From: Longimicrobiales bacterium | Lineage (GTDB): Bacteria > Gemmatimonadota > Gemmatimonadetes > Longimicrobiales > Gaopeijiaceae | NCBI GenBank assembly: GCA_965198065.1 | Contig: CBDAON010000004.1 | Span: 160,001 to 224,000, forward strand | DNA: 64,000 bases | Direction of reading: 5' to 3' | Shown here: positions 18,190 to 30,348 of the stretch, piece after piece | Layout: each line of letters opens with the position of its first letter | Position numbering within the stretch: the stretch's first letter is position 1 | Made by a program: the position numbers and the translations under genes | The notes under the pieces: generated by a model | Seen by the model: only the letters and a program-made list of their open reading frames with translations | Told to the model about the DNA's origin: nothing | Database searches by the model: none

Positions 18190-19690
18190 GCTTCCGCATC
18201 CGAGCCGCAAGAAGACCGAGCTGCTCCCGGTACTTGGCCACGGTGCGCCGAGCGATGTGCACTCCGTCGGACTCCAGGAGCTCCACGATGCGTTGGTCCG
18301 TGAGGGGGCTGTGCACGTTCTCCTGCTCGACGAGGGTCCGGATCTTGTCCTTCACTCCCCGCGCAGAGATGTCCTCGCCGGAGGCCGTCGCGAGCCCGCT
18401 CGAGAAGAAGAACTTGAGCGGAAACACCCCTCGCGGCGTTTGCACGTACTTCTCGTTCGTCACCCGCGATATCGTGGACTCGTGCATGTCGATGTGGTCG
18501 GCCACCTCGCGGAGCGTGAGGGGCCGCAGGTATTGGATCCCTTTCTCCAAGAACTCGCGCTGGCGATCCACGATGAAGCCCATGACCTTGAGCATCGTCT
18601 GCCGCCGCTGCTCGATCGCCTGGACCATCCAGCTCGCGGAGTTCAGCTTCGCGGCGATGAACTCCTTGTTCTCCCCCCGGAACTTTTTCCGATCGCGCGC
18701 CACCTCTCGGTACGCGCGGGAAAGGCGGAGCCTCGGGACGTTCGTGTCGTTCAGGAACACCTGGTACTCCCCGTCGATCTTCTCGACGACGAGGTCGGGG
18801 AGGACGTAGGTCCCCTCGTCGGGCGAGTGTCCCAGCCCCGGCTTGGGGTCCAGCCTGGCGACCTCGTCCGCGGCGTCCTGCACCTCTCTGGTGGAGAGCC
18901 GGAGGGTCCGCGCCAACTCGTTCCACTTACGGCCGAGGAAGTCGGCGTAGTGATCGCGGACGAGCCGGTACGCGAGGCCGTCGCTTCCCCCGCGCCGCTT
19001 CAACTGGAGCAGGATGCACTCCCTCAGGTCGCGGGCCCCCACGCCGGCCGGGTCGAGGTCCTGTACGATGGCGAGAAGGGCCTCGGCTTCCTCCGGGCAG
19101 TAGTCCCGGAAGAGCCCCTGGACCTCCTCGAGCTCCTGGGCCTGCTCCTCGGAGTCCTCGATCTCGCGCGCGCGGGCGAGAGCGATCTCCCGCACGTCCA
19201 CCAGCCAGCGGTTGGCGCCCGCGACTACCTCGTCCAATGCGCAGGTGAGGAGACCCGAATCGTCGATGTTCCCGATGATCTCCTCTCCAAGCCGAATCTC
19301 TCGATCCGAGATGGAGAGGTGGTGCAGCTGCTCGAGCAGATGGTCCCTCAGGTCCTTAGACTCGACCGGCGTGGGCTCCCGGAACTCCCGGTCCTCCCAT
19401 TGGGTCCTCCTCCCTCCCTGATCGAACCCGTACAGGAGGATCTTCTCCCAATCGATCTCGTCCTCCTTCTCGTTCTCGGGGGTCTCCTCCTCATCGAGCG
19501 AAACCTCCGTTTCGACGTCCGGCTCCACGAGCTCGAGGAACGGGTTCTCGGTCAGCTCCTGCTTCAGGTGCTGCTGGAGGTCCAGGAGAGGCATGTGAAG
19601 GAGCTCCATCGCCTGGTACAGGCGCGGATTCGCCTTCATCTCCTGGCGGAGATCGGCGCTCTGGTAGAGGTGGCTGCCGATTCGACTCAC
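18182..19690 (-). CDS. rpoN: RNA polymerase sigma-54 factor
   Basis: MHESTISRVT, FPLKFFFS and RpoN box ARRTVAKYRE. Confidence 0.97.
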   Translation of the reverse strand: MSRIGSHLYQSADLRQEMKANPRLYQAMELLHMPLLDLQQHLKQELTENPFLELVEPDVETEVSLDEEETPENEKEDEIDWEKILLYGFDQGGRRTQWEDREFREPTPVESKDLRDHLLEQLHHLSISDREIRLGEEIIGNIDDSGLLTCALDEVVAGANRWLVDVREIALARAREIEDSEEQAQELEEVQGLFRDYCPEEAEALLAIVQDLDPAGVGARDLRECILLQLKRRGGSDGLAYRLVRDHYADFLGRKWNELARTLRLSTREVQDAADEVARLDPKPGLGHSPDEGTYVLPDLVVEKIDGEYQVFLNDTNVPRLRLSRAYREVARDRKKFRGENKEFIAAKLNSASWMVQAIEQRRQTMLKVMGFIVDRQREFLEKGIQYLRPLTLREVADHIDMHESTISRVTNEKYVQTPRGVFPLKFFFSSGLATASGEDISARGVKDKIRTLVEQENVHSPLTDQRIVELLESDGVHIARRTVAKYREQLGLLAARMRKRV

Positions 19691-19700
19691 GGGGGCGACC

Positions 19701-20549
19701 TCACGGCCCTAGATCCTGCATGGAGACGGGGGTCGCCGGCGGGCTGTATCGCTGCCGCATGCGTGCCGTGAGGTTCGGGCCGAGGTATATCCGGGCCACC
19801 TCGTCGTTCCAGACGAGCTCCGAGACCGTACCGCTCACGCGGATCCTCCCCTCGTACATGATGTACGCGCGGTCCACGATCTCCAGGGTCTGCTCGACGT
19901 TGTGATCCGTGATGATCACGCCGATGTTCCGGTGCTTGAGCCCGGCCACGATCTGCTGGATGTCGTTGACCGCGATGGGGTCGATCCCCGCGAACGGCTC
20001 GTCCAAGAGCATGAACTTCGGCTGCTGGACCAGCGCCCGGGTGATCTCGAGCCGCCGGCGCTCCCCGCCCGAGAGGGTGTAAGCCTTGCTCCGCCTCAGG
20101 TGCCCGATCGAGAGCTCGTCCAGGAGGGCGTCCAGACGGGCCGCTCTCTCCTTCTTGGGGAGGTCGAGGGTCTCCAGGATCGCGAGCACGTTCTCCTCGA
20201 CCGTGAGCTTCCGGAAGATGGACGGCTCCTGCGCCAGGTACCCGACCCCCATCCGGGCCCGCTGGTACATGGGGACGCGCTTCAGCTCGGTGTCGTCCAG
20301 GTAGACCTTGCCCGACGCCGCGTCGATGAGGCCCACCATCATGTAGAACGTCGTCGTCTTGCCGGCGCCGTTCGGTCCCAGGAGGCCCACGATCTCGCCC
20401 TGAGTGACCTCGAGATCCACCTCGTCCACCACGCGCCGGCGCGCGTAGATCTTGGTCAGTCGATCCCCGCGAAACCGACTCGTTCCCCGGACAGTCTCAA
20501 GCACGCCCGAGAGCTCCGCGGGCCCATCTCTCACGTCGATCTCGCTCAC
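19701..20549 (-). CDS. lptB: LPS export ABC transporter ATPase
   Basis: [50 protein letters not shown]; adjacent to rpoN. Confidence 0.96.
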   Translation of the reverse strand: MSEIDVRDGPAELSGVLETVRGTSRFRGDRLTKIYARRRVVDEVDLEVTQGEIVGLLGPNGAGKTTTFYMMVGLIDAASGKVYLDDTELKRVPMYQRARMGVGYLAQEPSIFRKLTVEENVLAILETLDLPKKERAARLDALLDELSIGHLRRSKAYTLSGGERRRLEITRALVQQPKFMLLDEPFAGIDPIAVNDIQQIVAGLKHRNIGVIITDHNVEQTLEIVDRAYIMYEGRIRVSGTVSELVWNDEVARIYLGPNLTARMRQRYSPPATPVSMQDLGP

Positions 20550-22120
20550 GGCGCCCCTCCCGTCGTCGGCACCGACCCGTCAGGGGGCGTCGCGGGCCCG
20601 TTGGCGGTTGGCGCCGACCCGGCGGTGGCACGACCCGTTTCCGGGTCCAACTGGAGGCCCAGGACCTGCTCTTCGGCTACGATGCTCTGAACCTCCCCGT
20701 CCTGCCCCAGGTAGACGGAAATCCGATCGGCGAGGACGTAGCTGATCGGCTGGTCTGCCCGATCGGGTTCGGGAGAGTCTACGGGGGTCTGCGGGAGCAC
20801 ATCAGGCGCATCCAGCCCCGCTTGCGGGGAAGCCCTCTCCGCATCCTCGGGCGGGGACCTGTAAAGGGTCCGCGCGCTTCCACTCCCCGTGAGTCGCCGA
20901 ACGTAATACTCGTCGTCGCTTCGACCCGCGTTCGCCGGTCCGGCGGCGGGCTCTACTCGGCCGAAGAGGACATCGATATCGTCCGCTTGGATCCAGTCGT
21001 CCGCGAGCGCCTCGGGCGTGAGCGGGCCGCGGGCGAGCCGCTCCGAGGGCAGCGCGTCGAGGGGCGGTAGGGGGTCGCCCGTCGCGTGGGTCTGCGCCCA
21101 GGCGCGTCCCAGGGCCCGCACCCGGTCGGGTACCTCGTCCGGCGAGAGGATGTCCAGCTGGTCTCCCACGATGAAGAACTCTTCGGTGAGAAGGCGCGGC
21201 ACGTCGGACGTCTCGCCCCCCCCTCCCCTGTCCGCGAGGACGCGCTGGACCTTCTCCTCCTGGATCGTGATCGAGATCGTCCAGGCCGTCAGCTCGATCT
21301 GGTCGTTAACAACGTGCCCGTGTCCCTCGATCTCGATGGACTCGACGATGTCGTCCCGCATCCGCACCTGCATCCGATCTCCCTCGAACACCGTCCCCCC
21401 CTCCTCCATCCGGGCACCTCCAACCACGAGGAGGTTTCCGGTCTGGCGGTCGAAGGCGAGGGAGTCCGCGAAGATGCGAAGCGAGTCTCGCTCCACCGCC
21501 ACCTCGCCGGTACCCCACACGTAGCGTTCGCCCTCGAAGCGGAGGCCCCTCGCAGCGATGCGATACGCACCCGCGGGAGCCGGCTCCCCCGCGGTAGCGC
21601 CCTCTCGGGGGAGGGACGCGACGGCGGGACGGCCGCGTAGGGTCAGCTGATCCGCGCCTCCGGAGGGGCCGGCCTCGAGGAGCGTCAGCGTATCGCCCGA
21701 CATCTCGCGGCCGGTCCCGAGATCCCGGAAGGTGACGTTCCCCCGCGCGAAGAGTTGGCCCTGTACCTCGTAGTGGTCCGCTTCCGTCGCCCGGAGCTCC
21801 GTTTCGGCGTCAAGGATCACGACGTTCCCGATGAGCTGGTTCCGGCCCGACTCTGAGTACGAGATCGCGCTGTCTGCCTGAACCCGTGCGCCGTCTCCGC
21901 ACGACAGGTCGGGCGCGCCCAACCACCAGATGGCGTGTGCCGTGCCGGGGATAGGATCCCGCCTGAGCGTTCGGTAGTCGAGGAGCGAGCAACTTCCGCC
22001 GAGGTCTTGTGCCCACGCCGCGGAAGGGAGGGCCGTCAGGGCCACGAGCGTCAGGCCCGTCACGGCCGCAGCCGCGGCGGTACGGGACCGGAGAACGGGA
22101 ACCGGGGTCACGGTCCGCAC
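20546..22120 (-). CDS. LptA/OstA-like beta-jellyroll protein (extended)
   Basis: Signal peptide, repeated ADSA/GNV/GD-type OstA strands, located between lptC and lptB. Confidence 0.75.
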   Translation of the reverse strand: MRTVTPVPVLRSRTAAAAAVTGLTLVALTALPSAAWAQDLGGSCSLLDYRTLRRDPIPGTAHAIWWLGAPDLSCGDGARVQADSAISYSESGRNQLIGNVVILDAETELRATEADHYEVQGQLFARGNVTFRDLGTGREMSGDTLTLLEAGPSGGADQLTLRGRPAVASLPREGATAGEPAPAGAYRIAARGLRFEGERYVWGTGEVAVERDSLRIFADSLAFDRQTGNLLVVGGARMEEGGTVFEGDRMQVRMRDDIVESIEIEGHGHVVNDQIELTAWTISITIQEEKVQRVLADRGGGGETSDVPRLLTEEFFIVGDQLDILSPDEVPDRVRALGRAWAQTHATGDPLPPLDALPSERLARGPLTPEALADDWIQADDIDVLFGRVEPAAGPANAGRSDDEYYVRRLTGSGSARTLYRSPPEDAERASPQAGLDAPDVLPQTPVDSPEPDRADQPISYVLADRISVYLGQDGEVQSIVAEEQVLGLQLDPETGRATAGSAPTANGPATPPDGSVPTTGGAP

Positions 22121-22665
22121 CCCCCACTATTCTCCGCCGTGATATTCTGGAACCCGAGGTCGGAGCGGAAGAAGTTCCCGCGGAGGGGGGTGCTCCCTTC
22201 CCGGTTCATGACGAAGCAGGCGTCGCTTTCGATCTGGTCCGACGCCGAGTGGTAGCTGAGCTCCTCGGTCTCGAGCCGAATTCCCTGGCCCGGAACCTCC
22301 AGCACCACGTCGCCCTGCGCAATGAAGTTATCGAAGCGCGCGTCGACAGTCCCGTTTCGGGCCGTGACCTCCGCGCGCTCGGAGCCGTCGTCGTTGAAGA
22401 TCGACAGAACGACGCCGCGCAGCTGAGAGTTGATGGAGTCGTTCCAGGAGTAAAGCGTGTCGAAGCGGAGGACGGAGGTTCGAATCCCCTCGCCGTTCGT
22501 GAAGTAGTGCTCGCCGCCAATCATGACCGCGTCGGCCTGGCGGAACGACTCCCCCGAAGGGATGGACGCTACGGGAGGCTCCTCACGGCAGGCCCCCACT
22601 CCGAGAGAGAGCGCCCCAACCACCGCGAGGATCGGCGCCGGAGGCGCACGTCGGGAGCCGCTCAC
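22108..22665 (-). CDS. lptC: LPS export periplasmic protein LptC (lipoprotein)
   Basis: Lipobox GVGAC; AQGDVVL...LETEELSY; position between kdsD and lptA. Confidence 0.8.
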   Translation of the reverse strand: MSGSRRAPPAPILAVVGALSLGVGACREEPPVASIPSGESFRQADAVMIGGEHYFTNGEGIRTSVLRFDTLYSWNDSINSQLRGVVLSIFNDDGSERAEVTARNGTVDARFDNFIAQGDVVLEVPGQGIRLETEELSYHSASDQIESDACFVMNREGSTPLRGNFFRSDLGFQNITAENSGGCGP

Positions 22666-23669
22666 CCGATCCCCGCCCGAAGCAGGTCGTGGAGGTGAAC
22701 GACGCCCTCGAGCTCCCCTCCGGCGCCCACCACGGGAAGCGCCATGATACCGTGCCCCTCCATCTCGTGGACGGCTGCTCCCGCCAGGGTCTCACGCGTG
22801 GTGACCTTCGGAGTCGTCGTCATGACATCCAGAACGGGAACGTCCAGGAAGTCCTCGCGCCGGTCCATAAGCCTCGTGAGGTCACCGGCTGTTACGACCC
22901 CGACCACCCGGTGGGCCGCGTCCACGACCGGAACCGTCCCTCTCATGTGCGCCAGAGGCACAATGCAGTCGCGCATGGTGGCCCCGTCCGTGACCTCCGG
23001 GTAGTTCTCGCCCACCATGACGTCCGCCACCTGGAGGGTGAGCCTCCGTCCGAGCGCTCCTCCGGGGTGGAAGCGGGCGAAGTCCGCCGGGTGGAAGCCC
23101 TTGGCCTGGAGGAGCACCATGGCGAGCGCGTCCCCCATGGCCACCGCGACGGTCGTCGAGGAGGTCGGGGCCAGGTCCATCGGGCACGCCTCTGCGCTCA
23201 CGCCGCAATCGAGAACGACGGTCGCGTGCTCGGCGAGGGGCGAGTCCACGCGACCTATGAGGGCCACGGTCGGGACGCCCAGGCGGACCATGTACTCCAT
23301 GAGCCCGGACAGCTCGGAGGTGGCCCCACTCTTCGAGATAAAGATCCCTGCGTCCTCCCGGGAGACGATCCCCAGGTCCCCGTGGAGCCCGTCCATGGGG
23401 TGAAGGAAGCTGGCCGGGGTACCCGTGGACGTCAGCGTCGCCGCGAGCTTGCGCGCGACGATACCGCTCTTGCCAACGCCGGTGACGATCACCCGTCCCC
23501 GGACCCCCAGGAGAAGGTTCGCCGCCGCCACGAACTGGCGATCCAGGCGATCGGCGACCCCCCGGATCGCGCCGGCTTCCGCCACGAGGACGCGGCGTCC
23601 CTCCTCGATCACCCCTTCCGGGTCGGCCACGCCGGGCGCGCCGGCCATTGCCTTCGCGAGCTCACGCAT
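22662..23669 (-). CDS. kdsD: Arabinose-5-phosphate isomerase (KpsF/GutQ)
   Basis: GVGKSG, STGTPA, HGDLG, APTSST, FARFHPGGALG, CBS pair. Confidence 0.95.
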   Translation of the reverse strand: MRELAKAMAGAPGVADPEGVIEEGRRVLVAEAGAIRGVADRLDRQFVAAANLLLGVRGRVIVTGVGKSGIVARKLAATLTSTGTPASFLHPMDGLHGDLGIVSREDAGIFISKSGATSELSGLMEYMVRLGVPTVALIGRVDSPLAEHATVVLDCGVSAEACPMDLAPTSSTTVAVAMGDALAMVLLQAKGFHPADFARFHPGGALGRRLTLQVADVMVGENYPEVTDGATMRDCIVPLAHMRGTVPVVDAAHRVVGVVTAGDLTRLMDRREDFLDVPVLDVMTTTPKVTTRETLAGAAVHEMEGHGIMALPVVGAGGELEGVVHLHDLLRAGIG

Positions 23670-24285
23670 CGGTCCGCGCCGCGCAGTACTCCGTCACCAC
23701 CCGATCCCAGTCCCCTCGCGCGAGCAGAAGGGCTCGAACAAACTCGCGCACGGCACCTCTCCCCCCCCCCCGCTCCGTCGACCAGAGAGCGACCCGCCTG
23801 ACTTCGGGGACAGCGTTCGCCACGGCGACGGGAAACCCCACCCGGCTCATCACGGGAAGGTCGGGAAGGTCATCACCCACCATCGCCACCTGGGTCCACT
23901 CGAGCCCGAGACGCTCCATGATGCCGTTCACAGTCGGAAGCTTCTTCGCGTCGTCGTCCTGGTGACACGGGATGCCGAGCTCCTGAGCCCGCCGCACCGT
24001 CGCGGCGGAGCTCCGGCCGGACACCAAGGCCACCTCGACTCCGGCGGCTCGGAGGAGCTTGAGCGCGAGCCCATCCTGGATGTCGAAGCGCTTGAGCTCC
24101 ACGTCCTCGCCGCCCGCCGTCTGTCCGATGTACACGGTGCCGTCCGTGAGGACACCGTCCACGTCCAGGACGACCAGCCGGATGCCCAAGGCGATACCCT
24201 GCGGGAACTCCCCGTGGCCGGCCCCCTGGGGCGCCTCGGGCCAGGCGTGCCGATCGACGATCCGCGTCACCCCGAAACGCTCCAT
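23662..24285 (-). CDS. kdsC: Kdo-8-phosphate phosphatase (HAD)
   Basis: LDVDGVLTDG, SGR, GDDLPD, GGRGAVRE. Confidence 0.92.
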   Translation of the reverse strand: MERFGVTRIVDRHAWPEAPQGAGHGEFPQGIALGIRLVVLDVDGVLTDGTVYIGQTAGGEDVELKRFDIQDGLALKLLRAAGVEVALVSGRSSAATVRRAQELGIPCHQDDDAKKLPTVNGIMERLGLEWTQVAMVGDDLPDLPVMSRVGFPVAVANAVPEVRRVALWSTERGGGRGAVREFVRALLLARGDWDRVVTEYCAARTDA

Positions 24286-25091
24286 CTCGCTCCCACCCCG
24301 CCACCCGAGAGCGCCTCCCGAATCCCCATGACCTGCTCGATCAGGGGCTCCAGTCGCTCGAGCGGGAGCATGCTCCGACCGTCCGACGGGGCCGAGGACG
24401 GGTCCGGATGGGCCTCGAGGAACAGGTGGTCGCAGCCGGCCGCCACCGCGCCCCGGACGAGGGCGGGAATGGTCTCGGGGTCGCCTCCGGTCGAGCCACC
24501 GGCCCTTCCGGGCCGCTGGACCGAGTGGGTTCCGTCGAACACCACGGGAACGCCGCACGCCGAGCGGATCCGCTCGAACGATCTCATGTCCACGACCAGC
24601 TCTCCGTACCCGAAGAACGTGCCCCGCTCCGTCACCGTGACTGTGGGGGCCCCTCCTGCGCGGGCCTTCTCGACCACGGCCGCCATCTCCTCGGGAGCCA
24701 TCCACTGGCCCTTCTTGACGTTCATCGCGCGTCCCGTTCGGGCCGCGGAGAGGACCAGGTCGGTCTGGCGGCAGAGAAAGGCCGGGATCTGAAGGATGTC
24801 CACGACCTCCGAGGCCGGCCCGGCCTGGTCGGGCTCGTGGATGTCCGTCAGGACGGGGAGGCCGAACTCGGAGCGCACGCGCCGGAGCCACTCGAGCCCC
24901 CGCTCGAGCCCGGGACCCCGCGGCGAATCCAGTCGCGCGCGATTCGCCTTGTCGAAGGAACCCTTGAAGACGACCGGTAGATCGTGCCGGCTCGAGAGGG
25001 ACGCCAGTCGCTCAGCGATGCGGAGCGTCGTCTCGTGCTCCTCCACGACGCAGGGACCGGCGATCAGCGTGAACCTCTCGAACACTGCCAT
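24267..25091 (-). CDS. kdsA: Kdo-8-phosphate synthase
   Basis: LIAGPCVVE, SFDKANR, QIPAFLCRQTDL, KKGQ, DGTHSVQRPG. Confidence 0.96.
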   Translation of the reverse strand: MAVFERFTLIAGPCVVEEHETTLRIAERLASLSSRHDLPVVFKGSFDKANRARLDSPRGPGLERGLEWLRRVRSEFGLPVLTDIHEPDQAGPASEVVDILQIPAFLCRQTDLVLSAARTGRAMNVKKGQWMAPEEMAAVVEKARAGGAPTVTVTERGTFFGYGELVVDMRSFERIRSACGVPVVFDGTHSVQRPGRAGGSTGGDPETIPALVRGAVAAGCDHLFLEAHPDPSSAPSDGRSMLPLERLEPLIEQVMGIREALSGGGVGARWSVSG

Positions 25092-25094
25092 CCC

Positions 25095-27541
<2,447 letters not shown>

Positions 27542-27585
27542 CGGTTCGCTCCCAGGGGGGTCGGGAGGTCGCGGGGGTGAGTCTT

Positions 27586-27601
27586 TGCAAGTTTCACGCC
27601 A
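27586..27601 (-). promoter_or_regulatory. Sigma54-type -24/-12 promoter upstream of kdsB
   Basis: Minus strand TGGCGT-GAAAC-TTGCA (GG-N10-GC), 44 bp upstream of the kdsB start in the intergenic gap. Confidence 0.65.
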
Positions 27602-27666
27602 CGAAGGTAGGAGAAGCCCAGGCGAGGATCAAGCGCGGCCCCCTCTCGACCCTTCTCGACGGGGAG

Positions 27667-28269
27667 TCAGAGCTCCAGGAAGTTCTTGAGCAGGCGCTTC
27701 CCGTCATGCGTGAAGAGGGATTCGGGGTGGAACTGCACTCCCCAGATGGGCAGCTCCCGGTGCCGAATCCCTTGGATCTCCTCCCCGGAGGGCCCGTTCC
27801 CCTCGGGCTCCGCCCCACCCTCGCGTGGGGACCACGCGACGGCCTCTAGGATATCGGGGAGGACGCCGGCCTCGGTCACGAGCGAATGGTACCGGGTCAC
27901 CTCGAGCGGCACGGGCAGGCCCCGGAAGATCCCCTCGCCCAGGTGCCGGATCTCGGTCGTCTTCCCGTGCATCACCTTCCCCGCGCGGACCGTGCGTCCC
28001 CCGAACGCCTCCCCGATCGCCTGGTGTCCGAGACAGACCCCCAGGAGCGGTCGCTCGGCCCCGAGCCGTCGAACGGCCTCGACGCTCACCCCGGCTTCCT
28101 TCGGAGTGCATGGGCCGGGGGAAATCACCACCCGGGACGGGCCCATGGCCTCGAGCTCCTCGACGGAGGCTTCGTCGTTCCGGACGACGTACGGGTCCGT
28201 GCCAAGCTCACCCAGGAACTGGACGAGGTTCCACGTGAAGGAGTCGTAGTTGTCGATGACGAGCAGCAT
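27667..28269 (-). CDS. Anthranilate/aminodeoxychorismate synthase component II (glutamine amidotransferase)
   Basis: IDNYDSFT, SPGPC, GVCLGHQ, RYHSL, GVQFHPES (TrpG/PabA family). Confidence 0.93.
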   Translation of the reverse strand: MLLVIDNYDSFTWNLVQFLGELGTDPYVVRNDEASVEELEAMGPSRVVISPGPCTPKEAGVSVEAVRRLGAERPLLGVCLGHQAIGEAFGGRTVRAGKVMHGKTTEIRHLGEGIFRGLPVPLEVTRYHSLVTEAGVLPDILEAVAWSPREGGAEPEGNGPSGEEIQGIRHRELPIWGVQFHPESLFTHDGKRLLKNFLEL

Positions 28270-28359
28270 TCTTCCCCTCGGCAGCGGATCCCACCTCCGT
28301 GCTCTGAAGCGTGAGCTCCGACTCCGCCCGGTAGGTGGACGGTCGGTGGTCGCGATCAG

Positions 28360-30144
28360 TCAGTAGTCGACCGGGCGCAGGTAGAACTCTCCGATCGCGT
28401 TCTCGGAGAGGGTGGCCACGGTGGGGAGCTCCCGCTTCCAGTGCGTCCCCTGGAGGCGCGCCCTGATCCTCTCCACGGCTTCTTCGGCAAATCCGGCCCG
28501 AACTAGGTCTTCGGGGCGGTACCCCTCGAGAAGCCAGTAAAGGATCCGGTCCGCCACCTCGTACCGGACCCCGATCTCGCTCTCGTCGTGGACCCCGCGG
28601 ACCAGGTCGGCGCTCGGCGCCTTCACCACGATCTCCTCGGGCACACCGAGCTGCCTCGCCAGCGCCCAGACCTGTGTCTTGAACAGGTCCCCAAGCGGGT
28701 TGATCGGAGGAGAGTCGTCGGCGTGCCAGGTGAAGTAGCCGAGGAGCCGTTCGCTCTTGTTTCCCGTTCCCAACGGGAGGGCACCCAGACGGGCCGCTTG
28801 ATCCCATAGAACGAGGGCCCGGAAGCGCGCGGCCAGGTTCCCCCGGCGCAGGTCGGAAAGATCCGGCTCCTCCCTGTCCACGTACGCGTCCACCGAGGGG
28901 GTGATCTCGATCGCTCGGGAGGCGACGCCGGCCCGCTCGACGACGTGCCGCCCATCGGCGAGGCTCTCGGGGCTGGAGGTTGCGTAGGGGAGGAAGACGG
29001 CGTGGACGTGCTCGGGCCCGAGCGTCCTCACGGCGAGGAGGAGCGAGGTCGCGGAGTCCACCCCGCCCGACACTCCAACGACGACATCGTGGAAGCCTCG
29101 CCTCTCCACGATCTCGTCCCGGAGAAACGTCACGAGCGTACGCTCGACCAGTGGGAGATCGAGGTCCAGGGGCGACGAATCGTCCGGATCGGGCAGCTCC
29201 GCGGGCGCGCGCCTCGAGGCGGCCCGTCCGTCCACGGAGGGTCCCAGAGCTTCCACTGTTCGCCTGGCCGGCCCGCCCCCTCCCGACGCCCGGATCGACG
29301 CGAGGAGGTGGGGCAGCCGGCTCCTCAGGTCCGACAGGAGAGGGGAGCGCGCCCGGTAGCGGTGCCGAGCCGTGCGGTCGATCACGGCACGGACGGATCC
29401 CTCGTCGAACAGGGGAGCCTTCGGGCCAACCTCGCCGCCCGGCAGGTAGAACGCGCTTCCGCCGCCGAAGACCTTACCTCCCTCGCTCCCCACGAGCTGC
29501 GCGATGGCGACGTGGATCCCGTGCTCCAGGGCCGCCGACCGTCCCACGAGGTCCCACCGCTCGAGACTCAGGGGAAACCCCGGGCCCGGCGAGAAGTCGC
29601 GAGCTGGCGACGCGGAAACCACGACGAGGAGCTCCGCCCCGTCGAGCGCGAGGATCGCGGGCGGCAGGGAGTGGTGCATTTCCTCGCAAACGAGCATCCC
29701 GGCGCGGCCGAACCGGGTCTCGAACGCCTCCATAGCCGTGCCGGGCGAAACGAAGCGGGATTCGTCGAACACGCCGTAGGTCGGGAGGAACATCTTCCGG
29801 TGGCGATGAACGAGACGATAGGCGCCCTCGTCGGGCGTGAACCAGCCCGCTGCATTGTACGTCGGGCCGTCCCCGCTCTCGTAGAATCCCAGGACGATGT
29901 CGGGAGAGCCCGGCTCGGCGGCCCCGAGCCCCGCGGCAACTTCGCCGGCCGTGCGGGAGACCTCCTCCACGGCACCCTCGACGAAATACCCCGAGGTCAC
30001 GCACTCCGGGAAGACGAGGAGATCGACCTCACCGGCGGAGCCGGCGGCCCACTCCCGGACGCGCGCCAGGTTGGCGTCCACCCGCCCCTTGTCAGGGCGA
30101 AGCTGCGCCAGCTCTACCCGGATCGGCGTCGCGATGTCCACCAT
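28360..30144 (-). CDS. nadE: Glutamine-dependent NAD+ synthetase (nitrilase + synthetase domains)
   Basis: E-K-C triad (FPEC, HRKMFLP, VCEE), SGGVDS, GTGNKSE, GDLFKTQV, KAPSADL. Confidence 0.93.
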   Translation of the reverse strand: MVDIATPIRVELAQLRPDKGRVDANLARVREWAAGSAGEVDLLVFPECVTSGYFVEGAVEEVSRTAGEVAAGLGAAEPGSPDIVLGFYESGDGPTYNAAGWFTPDEGAYRLVHRHRKMFLPTYGVFDESRFVSPGTAMEAFETRFGRAGMLVCEEMHHSLPPAILALDGAELLVVVSASPARDFSPGPGFPLSLERWDLVGRSAALEHGIHVAIAQLVGSEGGKVFGGGSAFYLPGGEVGPKAPLFDEGSVRAVIDRTARHRYRARSPLLSDLRSRLPHLLASIRASGGGGPARRTVEALGPSVDGRAASRRAPAELPDPDDSSPLDLDLPLVERTLVTFLRDEIVERRGFHDVVVGVSGGVDSATSLLLAVRTLGPEHVHAVFLPYATSSPESLADGRHVVERAGVASRAIEITPSVDAYVDREEPDLSDLRRGNLAARFRALVLWDQAARLGALPLGTGNKSERLLGYFTWHADDSPPINPLGDLFKTQVWALARQLGVPEEIVVKAPSADLVRGVHDESEIGVRYEVADRILYWLLEGYRPEDLVRAGFAEEAVERIRARLQGTHWKRELPTVATLSENAIGEFYLRPVDY

Positions 30145-30348
30145 TCCAGCGACTCCGGAGCTGCTCGTGACCCTCCACCCGGCCGGCCCGAACGGTCCCT
30201 CGGAGAGGGATGGGGAGGGGTGACCCCTCTCGGGGCCAGGCCGACGACGAAAATAACACCGCAGAATCCCTGGAACGACCGGCCCCATTGAGGTACTTTG
30301 TTGAAATTGGACGTTCCTTCCTCCGCGTGCCAAACGGGTGCCACCGCC

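Noticed and set aside
17711..19771. 686-aa plus-strand ORF, and similar long ORFs such as 24984-26495, 42581-44857 and 54183-55556
   Set aside because: These are antisense or alternate-frame shadows of well-supported genes (rpoN, pyrG, MFS, PMM) in a high-GC genome, with no recognisable motifs
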